Below the pieces are notes generated by a model. That model saw only the letters and a list, made by a program, of their open reading frames with translations, was not told the origin of the DNA and made no database searches. A stretch of DNA of 63,496 nucleotides, counting the filler, from Octopus bimaculoides (Eukaryota), in assembly GCF_001194135.2 (NCBI RefSeq). It is 5 parts of 5 records of this genome, joined end to end, with 100 filler letters (N's around TTAATTAATTAA, not from the genome) between each part and the next. Parts side by side here need not be neighbours in the genome. Positions count along the whole stretch, not along the records: positions 1 to 17,923 come from NC_068996.1; 4 more parts are not named here. One strand, given 5' to 3'. How positions within the stretch are numbered: position 1 is the stretch's first letter; each line of letters begins with the position of its first letter. Of this stretch, positions 1-12,982 are shown piece after piece. A program made the position numbers and the translations under genes.

Positions 1-59
<59 letters not shown>

Positions 60-66
60 CACACAC
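1..66. repeat. (CA)n microsatellite
   Basis: Pure AC dinucleotide run at the window start. Confidence 0.98.
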
Positions 67-506
67 AAACGTACATACGTATATATAAGTACATCTACAT
101 ACAAATTTTATCAGTCACCTGAAAGTTTTGTTTAAAATAACATTCGACATTTATTTATATATTCTATTGAAATATACATACTATATGTGTATGTATATAA
201 ATGTATGTATGTATATTAGTTTGATGGTTTGATTAGGTTTACCAGACATAATACTGTAGTCATTTAGAAATATGAATACGGATATGAAGTGGCTGTCAAA
301 GATGAAGAACATATGGTCATAATGTATTATAAGTTTGTCAATAGCCAATCATTGAATCTTTTATCGTAGTCTCAGACAGCATAAATAACAGGAGCGGTAA
401 CATCAACAGCAACAAGGAAAATATTAAGCCGCAATGATAAAATAAATAAAGAGGTAAGGAGTAGGGGACTCAATAACAAGTTTTCTTATTTATCTCCTCC
501 TCCTCC

Positions 507-542
<36 letters not shown>

Positions 543-909
543 ACAACAACTACAACACCGGCATCATCATCATCATAACTATAAACTTCAATTTCGTGGA
601 AATAATTCCCGTGCAGACAATATTATTTTAAAAGTAAAAAAAAACAGAAAAGAAATTTCTTACATAAGTCGCAATGCTAGCAATTTTTAACGGAGTATTG
701 AGTTTATACAATCAATTGTTGCATCTAATTGGTATTTAAAAAATATCGATCTGCGAAGGATCAAAAGCAAAGGTGACATTGGCGGGATTTGAACTCAAAA
801 AAATAAATGTATTTATACAAGCTTATATAACACTCACACACACACGCATACACACACACATACACGCACATATACATGTATACACACATACACACACACA
901 CATATATAT

Positions 910-3300
910 AAAGTCTAGAACAAATACATGTATAGAAATAAATAAATATCCAACTAAATTAAACTATAAACATCTAAAAGAACACAAACAAACAAAACTA
1001 ACTGCTCACTTGGAAGGAAATGGTTCTCAATGTAGGAATAGGGGCAACTCACTAATAAGAAATACTTGAAGAAACCAACAACTAGCTACCTCCAAAGGAC
1101 TTCTATCCCTCTTCGAAGAAACTCGACCTACGGAATGCCAACGTATTTACCCAGACAGGACCCCCACCCTACCTCAAACATAATTATAAACTTTGACAAT
1201 TTATACCTACGACGAAACTCGAAATACGTATTTTCAACCAATTTACCCAAACAGCAAAACCAGCCTCCCAACAATCTTAATATAATCAATAGCACAGATA
1301 ATTTCCACCAACCAAATTACAGCAAACATTTTTTAGACCGAGTGGAGAGAAACAAGAACACACGTTGGAATAAAATATACAGGAGAAACCCAAGAAAACT
1401 TTCTCTACAACAAAAATCAGTATACTAGCTAAAGTATTGAAATTTATCCCAACCTCACGAAGATCTAACCAGAATGAAATTAAAAACAATATTTCGGAAT
1501 TATGTAGAAAACTGCGACTCACAACAAGGACGAATCCCTGTTAAAAACAGAACCAATTATCTCCCACCTAAGGGGAGGAATAAAACATTGGACAACTTCT
1601 GCGATCATATCTAAAATTTTCCAAATACTTTCCATGAGCGAAAAATTAATTCAAACCTCAACAATTTAGAATAGAAAATCTAATTGAACTACAGAACGGC
1701 AAAGAACTGACTATTAAAGAAGCAGACAAAATAAGTGCTGTAGTCCTAATGGACACAGAATACTAAAAAAGCTCAGTATAGTCTATTCTAGAAAACGATA
1801 CCTTCTACGAAAAAGTTGTAAACTATAAACAAACAAAAAGAAACAATGAAAAATCTTGTATCCTTAATACTTCTACACGGAAAAGGTCTGACAGAAAAAG
1901 AAATAGATTATATCACGAACTTTAAATGTAGACCTAGTCTTTTTTACGGCTTACCCAAAATACAAAAGAGCAAGGTAGTTAATGAATTTTGCAAACAATC
2001 ACCAAGCAAATACCTAAATATCCTAGCACCAGAAGATTTAAAGTTAAGGCCCAGTCTGTGAAACCCATCGCCTAAGCAATTTTCTAGATATCCTACTGAA
2101 ACCTTTGCTGAAATACATTAAAAAATACATCTAGCTTTGCTTGAGCGTCTACCAAAAACAACTAATGAAGAGTCATTATTGATTTTCTTCGATATTATTA
2201 ATCTTTACACCAATGTCTCACATGACTATGGAATAGAAGCAATAAAATTCTGGCAGGTAAACTACCCCCCGGAGAACCTCTGGAACACATGAACCAGGTT
2301 TTTATTATTGAAACAAGAAAATTTATATTTCAGAATAATTATTTCCTATTTGATCACTCCTAATATCGTCAAAATTGCGGAATTGCGATGGAAACGAAAG
2401 CAGCCCCTGTTCTTGCGAACCTAATAATAGGATATTTTGAATTTCCATATATAAAGTGTCACTGCAAAAATATGGATTTCACCATTATATAAGAGAAAAC
2501 TAAAAAAGATATCTGGATGACTGCTTTGGAATTTAAATCAATAGTAAATAATATAAACCCTAGCATTCAATTTACTATGGAAAAAAAGCAAAGAACAGCT
2601 CCCTTTCTTAGATATTATGATAAAAAAAAGTCAACATTTCTCAGTTGTAACTGACATTTATCATAAGCCAAGGGACTTGAAACAATATCTTCTGTTTACC
2701 TCATGCCACCCGAAACACATCACTAGATGCCAACGCGCAACGCTAGAAACAATGAGACATACAACACTAGTGTACAAAATTTACCTATGCTCACTGGGAT
2801 CCAAAAATGAACAACATTCTGATAACACATACATTCATCAAATGCAAAATGCAAAACAAATCGATGAAAAGACATCTGACAAATGCGAAGTTTCAGACAA
2901 GAACCATGAAACCAATGGTTAAAAAATGTGAACGTCCAAACTATAGAAGCAGGCTCGGAATTCATATTCAAATGAAGAGGAAGGTTCATAATTGAAACTA
3001 ACTTATGCCTCCGAGAATCTAACTTATGTTATGTCTTGTTCAGGTTGTGGACATAACTATATAGACAGACAAGTATGGCACTTAGACAGATAACCACACT
3101 ACATAAGGAACAGATCCGTTCACCACAATGCAGACAGATTCCTTTGAGTGAACACATAAAGAGATGTGAAGGTAATATCCAACAAAACTTCACAATTTCC
3201 TCATCTACCATTGAAAGAAAGAATTTCTGCACAAGAACATCTAAATAAAGAAAATGTATTTATCGAAAAATACAGAACACGCTTATCTATGAACGCATAA
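910..3300 (+). mobile_element. Degraded Penelope-like retroelement (RT + C-terminal GIY-YIG endonuclease), with many stops and frameshifts
   Basis: Ordered PLE motifs across frames: KLSLQQKSV/LAKVLKFIPT (~1397-1455), LTIKEADKISAVVLMD (~1707-1755), FYGLPKIQK (1942), LKLRP, FDIINLYTNV (~2188), GIAMETKAAPVLANL (~2379), RYLDDCF (2507), LPFLDI, TDIYHKP, SCHPKH (~2701), then YASENLTYVMSCSGCGHNYI (3004-3063, GIY-YIG with CxxC) and LSEHI. Confidence 0.92.
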
Positions 3301-3673
3301 CTAACTTTGCCATCAGTATATATTTTAATTCATATTCACATACACATCACTGTAAATATTTCATCTCACTACTTTAGCTTTGAGTTTTTGTATATTTATT
3401 TACCCCCTCACCAAAAATGAGCAATTACCGCCCCTGTCCCGAATAATACAGATCACCAATTACCTCCTCCATACATTTTCCACCTGTTGATTCATTTCAT
3501 TCACAAACCCCCATACATAAGATGGGCTAAAATCTTCTTAAGAAAATACGAAACTATAATAATTTCAATGTCATGGTTAGTGAAAGTGAAACCGGTCCAC
3601 AGACACAATAATCTTTCACTTATAAGATATATCAAAAATCTATGTTAACTGCGTGCATTTTCTTTCTTTTATT

Positions 3674-3725
<52 letters not shown>

Positions 3726-4211
3726 ATTGCATTAAAACTCACCACATGGGGATAATCGAAATTCTCACATATATACATGTGTGTGTGTGGGGGGTATATA
3801 TGTATATATAGCTTTTCTTGTCATTTCACCTGTCATACACTCAAACATACATGCTGTTGTGTCCGCTCACACACTCATGCACAGACGCACTATTGTGTCT
3901 ATATATACCATAGTATTCTCATACGTGCACATTTAACCTACTTGCACAACACTAACACACACACACACATTCACCAAGTCAGCTCACAACACTTTTTGCG
4001 CATGTCTAAAATTTTCCGTCAACCCATTCAGCTCCCCGATTCTCCTCTGTTCAGAAACCACATTTCTCTCTACTTCCTTTGCTCATTATAACTAAGATTT
4101 CTACAACCAACAGTTCATGGTATCACTTCTTTGTTTTACTCGACCTTTTTCACTCTTCTCTCTCTCTTCTTTATCTTTCCACGGGGCTTGTGCCCGAATC
4201 ATCGATAATTT

Positions 4212-4500
4212 TCCTTTTTCCCTGCTGCATATACCTACCTACCTACCTACCTACCTACCTACCTACCTACCTACCTACCAACCTACCTACATACATACAT
4301 ACATACATGCCTACATGCATGCATGCATACACACATACATACGTGCATACATACATACATGTGTACATACATTCATACATACATACACATGCATCTATGT
4401 ACATATGCACATTTATATGTATGCATGTATTCATCATGTATGTATATATGCATGCTTGTATATGTGTTTGTATATGTGTACGTATGTGTGTATATATATC
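4212..4500. repeat. Compound (TACC)n/(TACA)n/(TG)n microsatellite
   Basis: Direct reading; explains the PTYL/HTY ORFs here. Confidence 0.95.
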
Positions 4501-7500
4501 GCTTTTATTCATTCATTCATACAAATGCCACGTTTACTCTGGTAGTTGACTTTCACCGAATTCTTACAATTCTGAATGTTACCTAATTAATTCATGTCAG
4601 TTTCCTTCCTTCCCCTTTTCCTTCCTTCCTTCCTCCTTTCCTTCTACTTTCATATACTTTATACTTTATTTTAAGTTTCGTTTATCTTATCTTGAATCCG
4701 CGTTTTTCTTTAATTCCGTTTATGTGTTTTCTTCTTCAAAAATAACAATACACACATAATATAATCAAAATGCTGACAGAAGAGTCAAATTTTTCGAGGA
4801 CAAACATTTTTAGAGAGCTGTATGTACGTGATAAAGAAATATCAGTTCTTCCTTCTGTATTATATAACACACCCATTTTCACGACACCACTTAGCTAACC
4901 CAAAGCATTATCAACATAAAAGAACATAAATATATAAACAAACAAATAAATAAATACAATGTTAGATGTGTTTTTATTTTTACATATTGTTTACAGATCT
5001 GACAACTAACTGTAGATATCTTGGACAGATTACAACAGATTTGAAAAATGTATTGACAACGAAAGCAAATCAGAAACTGGATGCCAAAAATATAATGGTA
5101 AAATATCTATTTTGAAGGAAAAGAATGAAAAAATCAAAAAACAAGAAAAGAAGCAAGCAAAAAAGTCGTTCACAAAAGCGGGGGGAAAAATTATTAAGGA
5201 AACTGAAGATCGTGGAAATAGTTTAAAATAAAAACTGTAATATGCGTAGATATAGTTGTATCTGCAATTATATTTATATATCAAATGTATCGTTTATTTG
5301 TCTGTAGATATGAATGCGGCTGAGAATGTGCATGTCAAAATGTTTTGTTTTTTCTTATCATGTGTATGGATGTGTGAGTGAGTGTATCCATGTGTGTATG
5401 TGACTTTGTAGCTATCTAACTACTCATGACGTAAGAGTTGACATCAGTGTTCCTTTAAATCAGATTAGTCTTACTATAGATGCGTGTGTGTGTGTGTGTG
5501 TACACATGAAGTTATTTAAAAATAGGTCTTGTTGAGATATTGGCTAGACAATGTCACAGAAATATCTAAAATTCTATAGAATGTTGTTACTTTGTCAATT
5601 TGTCTTTATTTCTGTAGAGAAATTTGACTTTGAATCACTTATAGCTTTCGGTTTTTCCCTTGAACTTTTACATTCCACTCCCATCAGAGATATTTTTTTT
5701 CTTTGGTTTTCTTTGCGCTTTTGTCTTTTCAATTGATACTTTCGTATAATATCATTCTGTAGTCAATTTCGTTTAACAAGTTTCTTCAATAAGAAACAGT
5801 AACAAAAATGTAAAACTACTGAAGACAAATCCTTGGAATAGTCTGTTCTACATTCATGGTAAGTATATTCTTTTAAGTCCTTTTGTCCAACCTCATTATT
5901 TTTCTTGTAGCTCCTACAATAAAGAAATTACTTACTGAGTTTAACAAGTCGAGTTTACTATAATGTCATCCTCAAATACTTGCTCAAACTTTAAGTGATT
6001 CGAAAAGGCGTGATTCGAAACATTTCTTGTTTTAACGAAGTTATCTTCTCTTAACGTATTTAATCATGAAGAAGTGGTTTATGCACAAACTTCACGTTTC
6101 TTGTATTGAGTACATGTAGCTCTGTATCAATGATGCTTGCCACAGAAATATTTTCATCTTATATTTCTCCAACTAAATGAAAAATACAAAAAGATTTTTC
6201 TTTTAAAAATGACAAGGTAGACACAGAAATTTAATGTTAGAATTTTCACTCGGTTTTACGTAGACAACAGCAGTTATGAAAACAAAAAAAAACTCATTTT
6301 TCCTACGTATTTTCCTCTGCTTATTATTATGCTGTTGTCAATAGAAAATTGGCAGTTTATATAAAAAATAATAACAGAAAAAAAACATTATCTGCGATCT
6401 TTTCTTCTCTCTGTGTTAAATGGAAATAAGTTGTACAATGAAAAAACATATCGGCAGATGTTATAGAAATCCAAGATATTGTCCGTACACAGTATGAAGA
6501 TTGATCTGTTACCGATTACATTTGATTAATAAGCTCGATAGAGAACTTTCTGTTCGTTGTAAGATTATGACCAAAACTGGTGTTCTTGACGAAAAAATAA
6601 TAATTTGTATTGAAATATTTTTGTAAAAGATGAAGATTATGAAAAACATTTTTTTTTCTTCTTTTGCGATGAATATCTAAATATAATTTTTTTTTTCTGG
6701 CCAGCTGTTTATCTACGCAGCGATTTATATAGCTGTCTTTTCATTTTGTTTTTGCGATGCTCGTTGTTTTTAACAAATAACTAATTAATAAAATATGAAA
6801 TAAATAGCTTAAAATACGTGATTGGTGGATGGAGAAGTAGTTCTCATACGTAAATAGATTTTCTAGTAACAATATTAAAGCTTAACATGAAATAATTTAA
6901 AGCTTAAGGTGACTAATTTTCCACTGACGTTGATTCATCTCAAATCCTTCAACAGCTCATTTTTATCCATATAGCTATATGCCTTTTAACATATTATCAC
7001 TGTTATAAAGCAACAATTAGAAGGTTGGAGTGCTTCATCGATTTTTGTAATTAAAGTTGTTCCAAACCTTCAGGATTCCAGTTCATAGTATATCAATGTT
7101 TTCTTTACCTATGTGAAATTCATTAAGTTATATTTATCATATAGGAGCCACAGTCATTTATAAAATTAAATAAATTTCATAGTTAGGGAGTATTTAGCAT
7201 GAATATTAGAAGTTCAGTGATTTGGAATTATGGTTTTTTTTCTATTTCTGGCGCAGCACGGCGTGGCAACTTGGACAAGTGTACTCTATAGAGCTTGTGA
7301 GAGAAGCTCGGTAAAAAGCGACCATGTGGTACTCGTCAGAGAGTGTATTCTTATTTGTGATTGGTAGAATTAAACCTACGTCCGGTTTAATAGTACCACT
7401 TGAACTCGGGTGCTTTTATTGTAGCCCATTCTGCTGCGAGCATTCGGTTTAGGTTTCAAGTTTGAGGATTGCTTTCTCTCACCATATTTACAAGTCCTGC

Positions 7501-7619
7501 ACAAAGTAATATACGTAATCTTTTTCTGCTAACTGAACTAAAAACAGAAAAAAAAAAGAAATCTGGAATAGCGTTTGATTAATTTTGTCAGTTCATTTTA
7601 CTACAGAACTACTCAATGT

Positions 7620-7810
7620 TTTCAAGGCGTGTGGTTAGGGTGCTGCACTCACGATCTTGCGATATGCTTTCGAATTCCGGACCAACTGGTGTGGTGTGTT
7701 CTTAAGCAAAACACTTCATTTCACGTTGCTCCAGTCCACTCAGCTGCAAATGAGTAACTCTGCAACGGACTGGCGTCCCGTACAGGCGAACTTTTGTGAT
7801 CTCGTTCAAT
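7620..7810 (+). mobile_element. tRNA-derived SINE, family C
   Basis: Degenerate tRNA-like head GGCGTGTGGTTAGGGTGCTG..TTCGAATTCC followed by CTTAAGCAAAACACTTCATTTCACGTTGCTCCAGTCCACTCAGCTG, which is shared with copies near 13.7k, 14.0k, 16.9k and 20.3k. Confidence 0.75.
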
Positions 7811-8429
7811 TATACGCCATGAAAATCTCACGTATGACTTCTAGAATTCGTCATAGTACTTGCTGTTCAAAGAACTTATAAATTTTATCTTCATCGTAAA
7901 AGAAAATTTTTAGTATATCTATCTATCAAGACGTTACGTATTAATTTTTTTCATTTATTTTTCTGTATAAAGACGGCAAGCTTTGCTGCTGTTGTTACCC
8001 TCTCTTTGAAGATGAACTTGGCTAATTTTAACTTAGATATAAAGTTAACTTGTAGTAACTCTACTGTAGGCAGTAAGCCAAACCCAGTTTATAATCAATT
8101 TGAATTACACCCGAGATTAAAAATCACCAGTGTTATTGACAATTTTCACCAAAAAAGACAAGAAAGACAACTATGGAGTTTTAAATTAACCACAGTTAAT
8201 TAATTAGCATTGTTGCTAATCAAGAATCTGTTAAACCTTAGATTATATTCAATAGTTAGTTTCTATTCTGGAACAATTTTTAGAATCAAATTCAAGATAA
8301 ATTATTATTTCTGAAACTTTTCCTTGAGCTTTCGATATGACTATTGTAACTAAAGCAGTAAATGAATTTTGTGCAATTTTATAACTCATAAATGTGCGCC
8401 ACATCTATTTAGATATATATCCTTTAGTA

Positions 8430-8870
8430 ATATTGGTTTCAAGTCTTTCCACAAGACCAGCAGCTTTGGAGTAAGGTGAAAGTCGATTATATTTATTTTA
8501 TCGACCCCTACAAGGTTGAAAAATTCAAAATCAACCTCGGCAGAAATTGAACTCAGAAAGGCGGTGAGCTGGCAGAAACGTTAGCACGCCGGGCGAAATG
8601 CTTAGCGGTATTTCGTCTGCCGTTACGTTTTGAGTTCGAATTCTGCCGAGGTCGACTTTGCCTTTCATCCTTTCAGGGTCAATAAATTAAGTACCAGTTA
8701 CGCACTGGGGTCGGTGTAATTGACCTAATCCCTTTGTTTGTTCTTGTTTGTCCCCTCTGTGTTTAGCCCCTTGTGGGTAATAAAGAAATAAGAAATTGAA
8801 CTCAGAGCCGCTACACCGCTATGCATTTTGTCCGGTGTGATAACGATTCTACCACCTCACCTGCCTTTAA
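8430..8870 (-). mobile_element. Older SINE family A copy, interrupted by a younger copy
   Basis: Reverse complement of the family-A consensus on both sides of 8558-8790. Confidence 0.75.
8558..8790 (+). mobile_element. Young full-length tRNA-derived SINE family A with 16-bp TSD
   Basis: A box TGGCAGAAACGTTAG, B box GAGTTCGAATTC, tail ..GTAATAAAGAAATA; AGAAATTGAACTCAGA at 8542-8557 and 8791-8806; near-identical to 11738-11970 and 50357-50594. Confidence 0.92.
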
Positions 8871-8884
8871 TACGCATCAGAAAT

Positions 8885-9115
8885 TTTGGTTTCAGATTTT
8901 GGCACAACGCCAGATATGCATCAATAATATCAATATCGTTTTCAAATTCTGAGACGAGGACAGAAGTTTTAAAGCGGAGGAGGGGTGAGATATTTGTCGA
9001 TTACAACGGTCCCAGAGCTCAATTAAGACTTTATTTTATCGACGCTGAAAGGTTGAACAGCAAAGTCGGCCTCCGCAGAATTTGAACTCAAAACGTAAGG
9101 CGCAGGAAGAAATGC
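8885..9115 (-). mobile_element. SINE family A (short-tail variant)
   Basis: TTTTGGCACAACGCCAG..TTTATCGAC..AAAGTCGGCCTCCGCAGAATTTGAACTCA, the reverse complement of the family-A body. Confidence 0.8.
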
Positions 9116-9154
9116 CGTTCAGCTTTCTGTCGGGCTCGCTACCTTATCCAAAAT

Positions 9155-9360
9155 ATTAATATTGGTTTCAGATTTTAGCATAAGGCCAGCAATTTGGGTG
9201 GGAGGGGTACAGTTTGTTACATTGGCCCCAGTACTCAATTGTTACTTACTTTATTGACCCCAAAGTGATGAAAGATAAAGTCGACTTCAGCTGCATTTGA
9301 ACTCAAGAGCTGGAAACGTTTTATATGGTGAGCTAACGATTCTGCCAATTTGCTGCCCTA
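9155..9360 (-). mobile_element. SINE family A (short-tail variant)
   Basis: Same body; ends CTAACGATTCTGCCAATTTGCTGCC, the reverse complement of the A-box head. Confidence 0.8.
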
Positions 9361-9397
9361 TCCAAGATGTTAAAATTAAGTATGTTGTTTTTCTTTT

Positions 9398-9600
9398 TAA
9401 GGCGTTGAGATGGCAGAATCGTTAGCACGCCGAACAAAATGCTTAGCGGCATTTAGTCCGTCTTTACGGTCCAAATTCAAATTCCGCCGAGGTTGACTTT
9501 TGGGGTCAATAAAAGAAATACCAGTCATGTATTGAAGTCGATGTACTCGACTTACCCCCATTCCAAAACTGCTGGCCTTGTGCCAAAATTTGAAACTAAT
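9398..9600 (+). mobile_element. SINE family A (short-tail variant, internal deletion)
   Basis: TAAGGCGTTGAGATGGCAGAATCGTTAGCACGCCG..TTCAAATTCCGCCGAGGTTGACTTT..GGCCTTGTGCCAAAATTTGAAAC. Confidence 0.85.
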
Positions 9601-11623
9601 GTAAAATATTATTCTCTTATTGTTGGACAATTTCTTTATCATTTTTATTTATTAATTCATATGCTACACCTCAATCCGAACAGCCATTATCAAATAACTA
9701 GTGTTTCGTTTATGAAGTATATTTTTACGTATTACTAGTTATCTTAATCTTCCTTATTTATCTGCCTTATTTTGTCGATGTAACTATATTACGTTGTAAA
9801 AGTCAAATTCTCCTAAATTATTAGGATTGTTTTTCATGGTGTTTGTCATGCTGTTGTTTTCGTATAATACTCTGTTATTTATGCTAATCCATCTTTCTAT
9901 GTGACGAATATTTTATCTTTGAATTTAAATCTATGACCTTTGTTATGTAACTTACAGACGGTTGCCATATACATCCTCTTATTCTGATATTTCCGAATCA
10001 CTAGATTGCCAGAATGCGAATAAAATGTTAAAAAAGAAAAAAAAAATTATTACAAGCTATAAGGCACGTTTATATCAGTCAGACACTATCAATAGATCTT
10101 TCTTTATATTAACAAAAGAACTACGTCTTTGATATATAAGCGAAAATCACCTCCCACGTGATTGGCTTAGGTTTAGCCTCATGCTTCAGAAGGTTAAGTC
10201 ACATGCTTCATTAGACTTAGTCTCAACTCAAGTGAACAGTCAATTTCTTCTGGAAACGGATAACTTTCAAGAATTTTGCCAAATTATTTAACATAATCCC
10301 AAGAATTCAGTTATGGGCGGTGGTAATGAAATAATGAGCTGTATAAATACAAGATGGCATCTTTATTAATCCCTTCCATACGATCTCTTTACTTACATCC
10401 GTACATCTTTATCACCTTGTCTCTCTCTCTCTCTCTCTATTTGAGTTTCTGTCTTTCTGTTTCTACCTCTCTTACTCTCTCTCCAGCTGTTTCTACCTCA
10501 CTCCTCGCTCTCTCTCTCTCTCTCTCTTCTAAAAGACTTATAGTCACATTTTATTTTCATCTTAAAATTCGCTATTTTCATCGAATAATTTTCATCTTGC
10601 CCATCCTTTCTGTTGACTGTTCAACTACAGTGCTTACAATTAATTGATTACATAAATTTGGGAATTACACTGTCCCACTCGAAGAAAGGGTTTTCTTTTT
10701 TGCTGAAGAATGATGGCACTGATGATCAGTCTGCAGAAAGAATTGTCAGAGGAAGAAGTCAAGCATTTATAGTTGCTAGCACTATCGGTCAAAGTTATCG
10801 CCAAAGGACGGAGAGTTAATCAACTGGTACATTTGACGTTACGAGAGGCTATCAACTTCTAAACTATCATAGGAACTACGCGCACGCACACGCGCGACTC
10901 ATGCAACACGTTCTAATCGTTGTCTTCGCTGTCGCCGTCGTCACACGCCACTTTTGCCGACACCAACTCCATCAATACCACTGCCACCACCACCACCACC
11001 ACCACNNNNNNNNNNNNNNNNNNNNNNNNNNNNNNNNNNNNNNNNNNNNNNNNNNNNNNNNNNNNNNNNNNNNNNNNNNNNNNNNNNNNNNNNNNNNNNN
11101 NNNNNNNNNNNNNNNNNNNNNNNNNNNNNNNNNNNNNNNNNNNNNNNNNNNNNNNNNNNNNNNNNNNNNNNNNNNNNNNNNNNNNNNNNNNNNNNNNNNN
11201 NNNNNNNNNNNNNNNNNNNNNNNNNNNNNNNNNNNNNNNNNNNNNNNNNNNNNNNNNNNNNNNNNNNNNNNNNNNNNNNNNNNNNNNNNNNNNNNNNNNN
11301 NNNNNNNNNNNNNNNNNNNNNNNNNNNNNNNNNNNNNNNNNNNNNNNNNNNNNNNNNNNNNNNNNNNNNNNNNNNNNNNNNNNNNNNNNNNNNNNNNNNN
11401 NNNNNNNNNNNNNNNNNNNNNNNNNNNNNNNNNNNNNNNNNNNNNNNNNNNNNNNNNNNNNNNNNNNNNNNNNNNNNNNNNNNNNNNNNNNNNNNNNNNN
11501 NNNNNNNNNNNNNNNNNNNNNNNNNNNNNNNNNNNNNNNNNNNNNNNNNNNNNNNNNNNNNNNNNNNNNNAGTACCTTATCTTTTTTTCTAATATATAAT
11601 TCCTGTACATCACCTCCAACCCT

Positions 11624-11673
<50 letters not shown>

Positions 11674-11737
11674 ATATATATGGCATATATATGCAGGTAG
11701 ATAAACAGTCATACAGATAGACAGATAAATAGATAGA

Positions 11738-11970
11738 AAGCGGCGAGCTGGCAGAAACGTTAGCACGCCGGGCGAAATGCTTAGCGGTATTTCATCTGCC
11801 GTTACGTTCTGAGTTCAAATTCTGCCGAGGTCGACTTTGCCTTTCATCCTTTCGGGGTCGATAAATTAAGTACCAGTTACGCACCGGGGTCAATGTAATC
11901 GACTTAATCCCCTTGTCTCTTCTTGTTTGTCTCCTCTATGTTTAGCCCCTTATGGGCATTAAAGAAATAA
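11738..11970 (+). mobile_element. Young full-length SINE family A inserted in a (GATA)n tract
   Basis: Near-identical to 8558-8790; GATA repeats on both sides. Confidence 0.92.
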
Positions 11971-12129
11971 GATAGATAGTTAGATAGATAGATATATACT
12001 AAGACAATATCTTTTAGTTGACCCATTTTCTTAGCTTTTGTGGAATTTAACAGGTAAACCATAATAATATGCGTGTTTACGCTCAGACACATACACACGT
12101 ACATATATAGTAATTCTTATTTTTCTGCC

Positions 12130-12250
12130 TTAGAGGGCAGCTAGCTGGTAGAGTCGTTAGAGCATTTCTTCCGACATTTATGCGCAGATATCGAATCCCA
12201 TCGACATCAGTTTCGTCTTTCAGCTCATCAGTCATGTGCAGATGTCGATG
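12130..12250 (+). mobile_element. Highly decayed SINE family A head
   Basis: GGCAGCTAGCTGGTAGAGTCGTTAGAGC..ATCGAATCCCATCGACATCAGTTTCGTCTTTCA aligns loosely to the family-A head and body. Confidence 0.5.
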
Positions 12251-12614
12251 TAAATGATTTGTTCCTTCTGCCTCGAAATCGTTGGCCACATAGGAAAATG
12301 ATCAATAATTTATAGTTATTTGCTGGTTTACATGTATATGCATTCATTTATTTGCACACTTTCATGAAGTTTGCCTTGAATGGTGTTCTGAATCGCCTAA
12401 AAGCAACAGATCTCCGTGAAATTGAAGAGTATTAGCAATTTTTTCTGAACAAATTTCACGAATATGTGGTGATGGGTTCCTGTGATTACTTGTATTTAAA
12501 TGAGTGAATATATGTACTGAAGTTATTAGAAGACAGAGGCTAGTATATAGTCATATATATCAAGATATAATTTATATCTATGTACAAATATAATTATAAT
12601 ATATGCATATGTAT

Positions 12615-12930
12615 CTGTGTGGTAAGAAACTTGCTTTCCCACCACATGGTTCCGGTTCAGTCCCACTGCGTGACACCTTGGGCAAATGTATGTATGTATG
12701 TATGTATGTATGGATGGATGGATGGATGGATGGATTTGTGTCTGTGTTTTTCCCCACCATCGCTTGACAACTGATGCTGGTGAGTTTACGCCTACGTAAA
12801 CTAGCGGTTCGATAAAAAGACTGATAGAATAAGTACTAGGCTTACAAAGAATAAGCCCTGCAGTCAATTTCTTCGACTGAAGGTTGTGCTCCAGCATGGC
12901 CGCAGTGAAATAAACAAGCAGAAAATAAGA
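12615..12930 (+). mobile_element. tRNA-derived SINE family B with internal microsatellite
   Basis: GTGTGGTAAGAAACTTGCTT..GGTTCAGTCCCACTGCGTGACACCTTGGGCAA, then (TATG)n/(TGGA)n, then the 3' domain GCTTGACAAC..AGTACTAGGCTTACAAAGAATAAG..GTGCTCCAGCATGGCCGCAGT shared with about 10 other copies. Confidence 0.9.
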
Positions 12931-12935
12931 GGATG

Positions 12936-12982
<47 letters not shown>

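Noticed and set aside
4772-4805. CTGACAGAAGAG..TCGAGGAC as a hammerhead relic
   Set aside because: The core spacing is wrong, GAAA is absent and no stems pair.
6900-7120. Minus frame with TGA stops that reads through under a mitochondrial code (possible NUMT)
   Set aside because: A TAA stop remains, and the peptide resembles no mitochondrial protein I recognise.
10613-10819. ORF with YINLGITLS..NDGTDD..RIVRGRSQAF, faintly like a LINE RT thumb (YLG..S.DG..RI.KA..AF)
   Set aside because: Similarity is too weak and isolated to call by eye; an HMM search against RVT profiles would be needed.
12083-12289. Protein-like minus ORF MANDFEAEGTNHLH..
   Set aside because: Its reverse complement aligns to a decayed SINE-A head and body.
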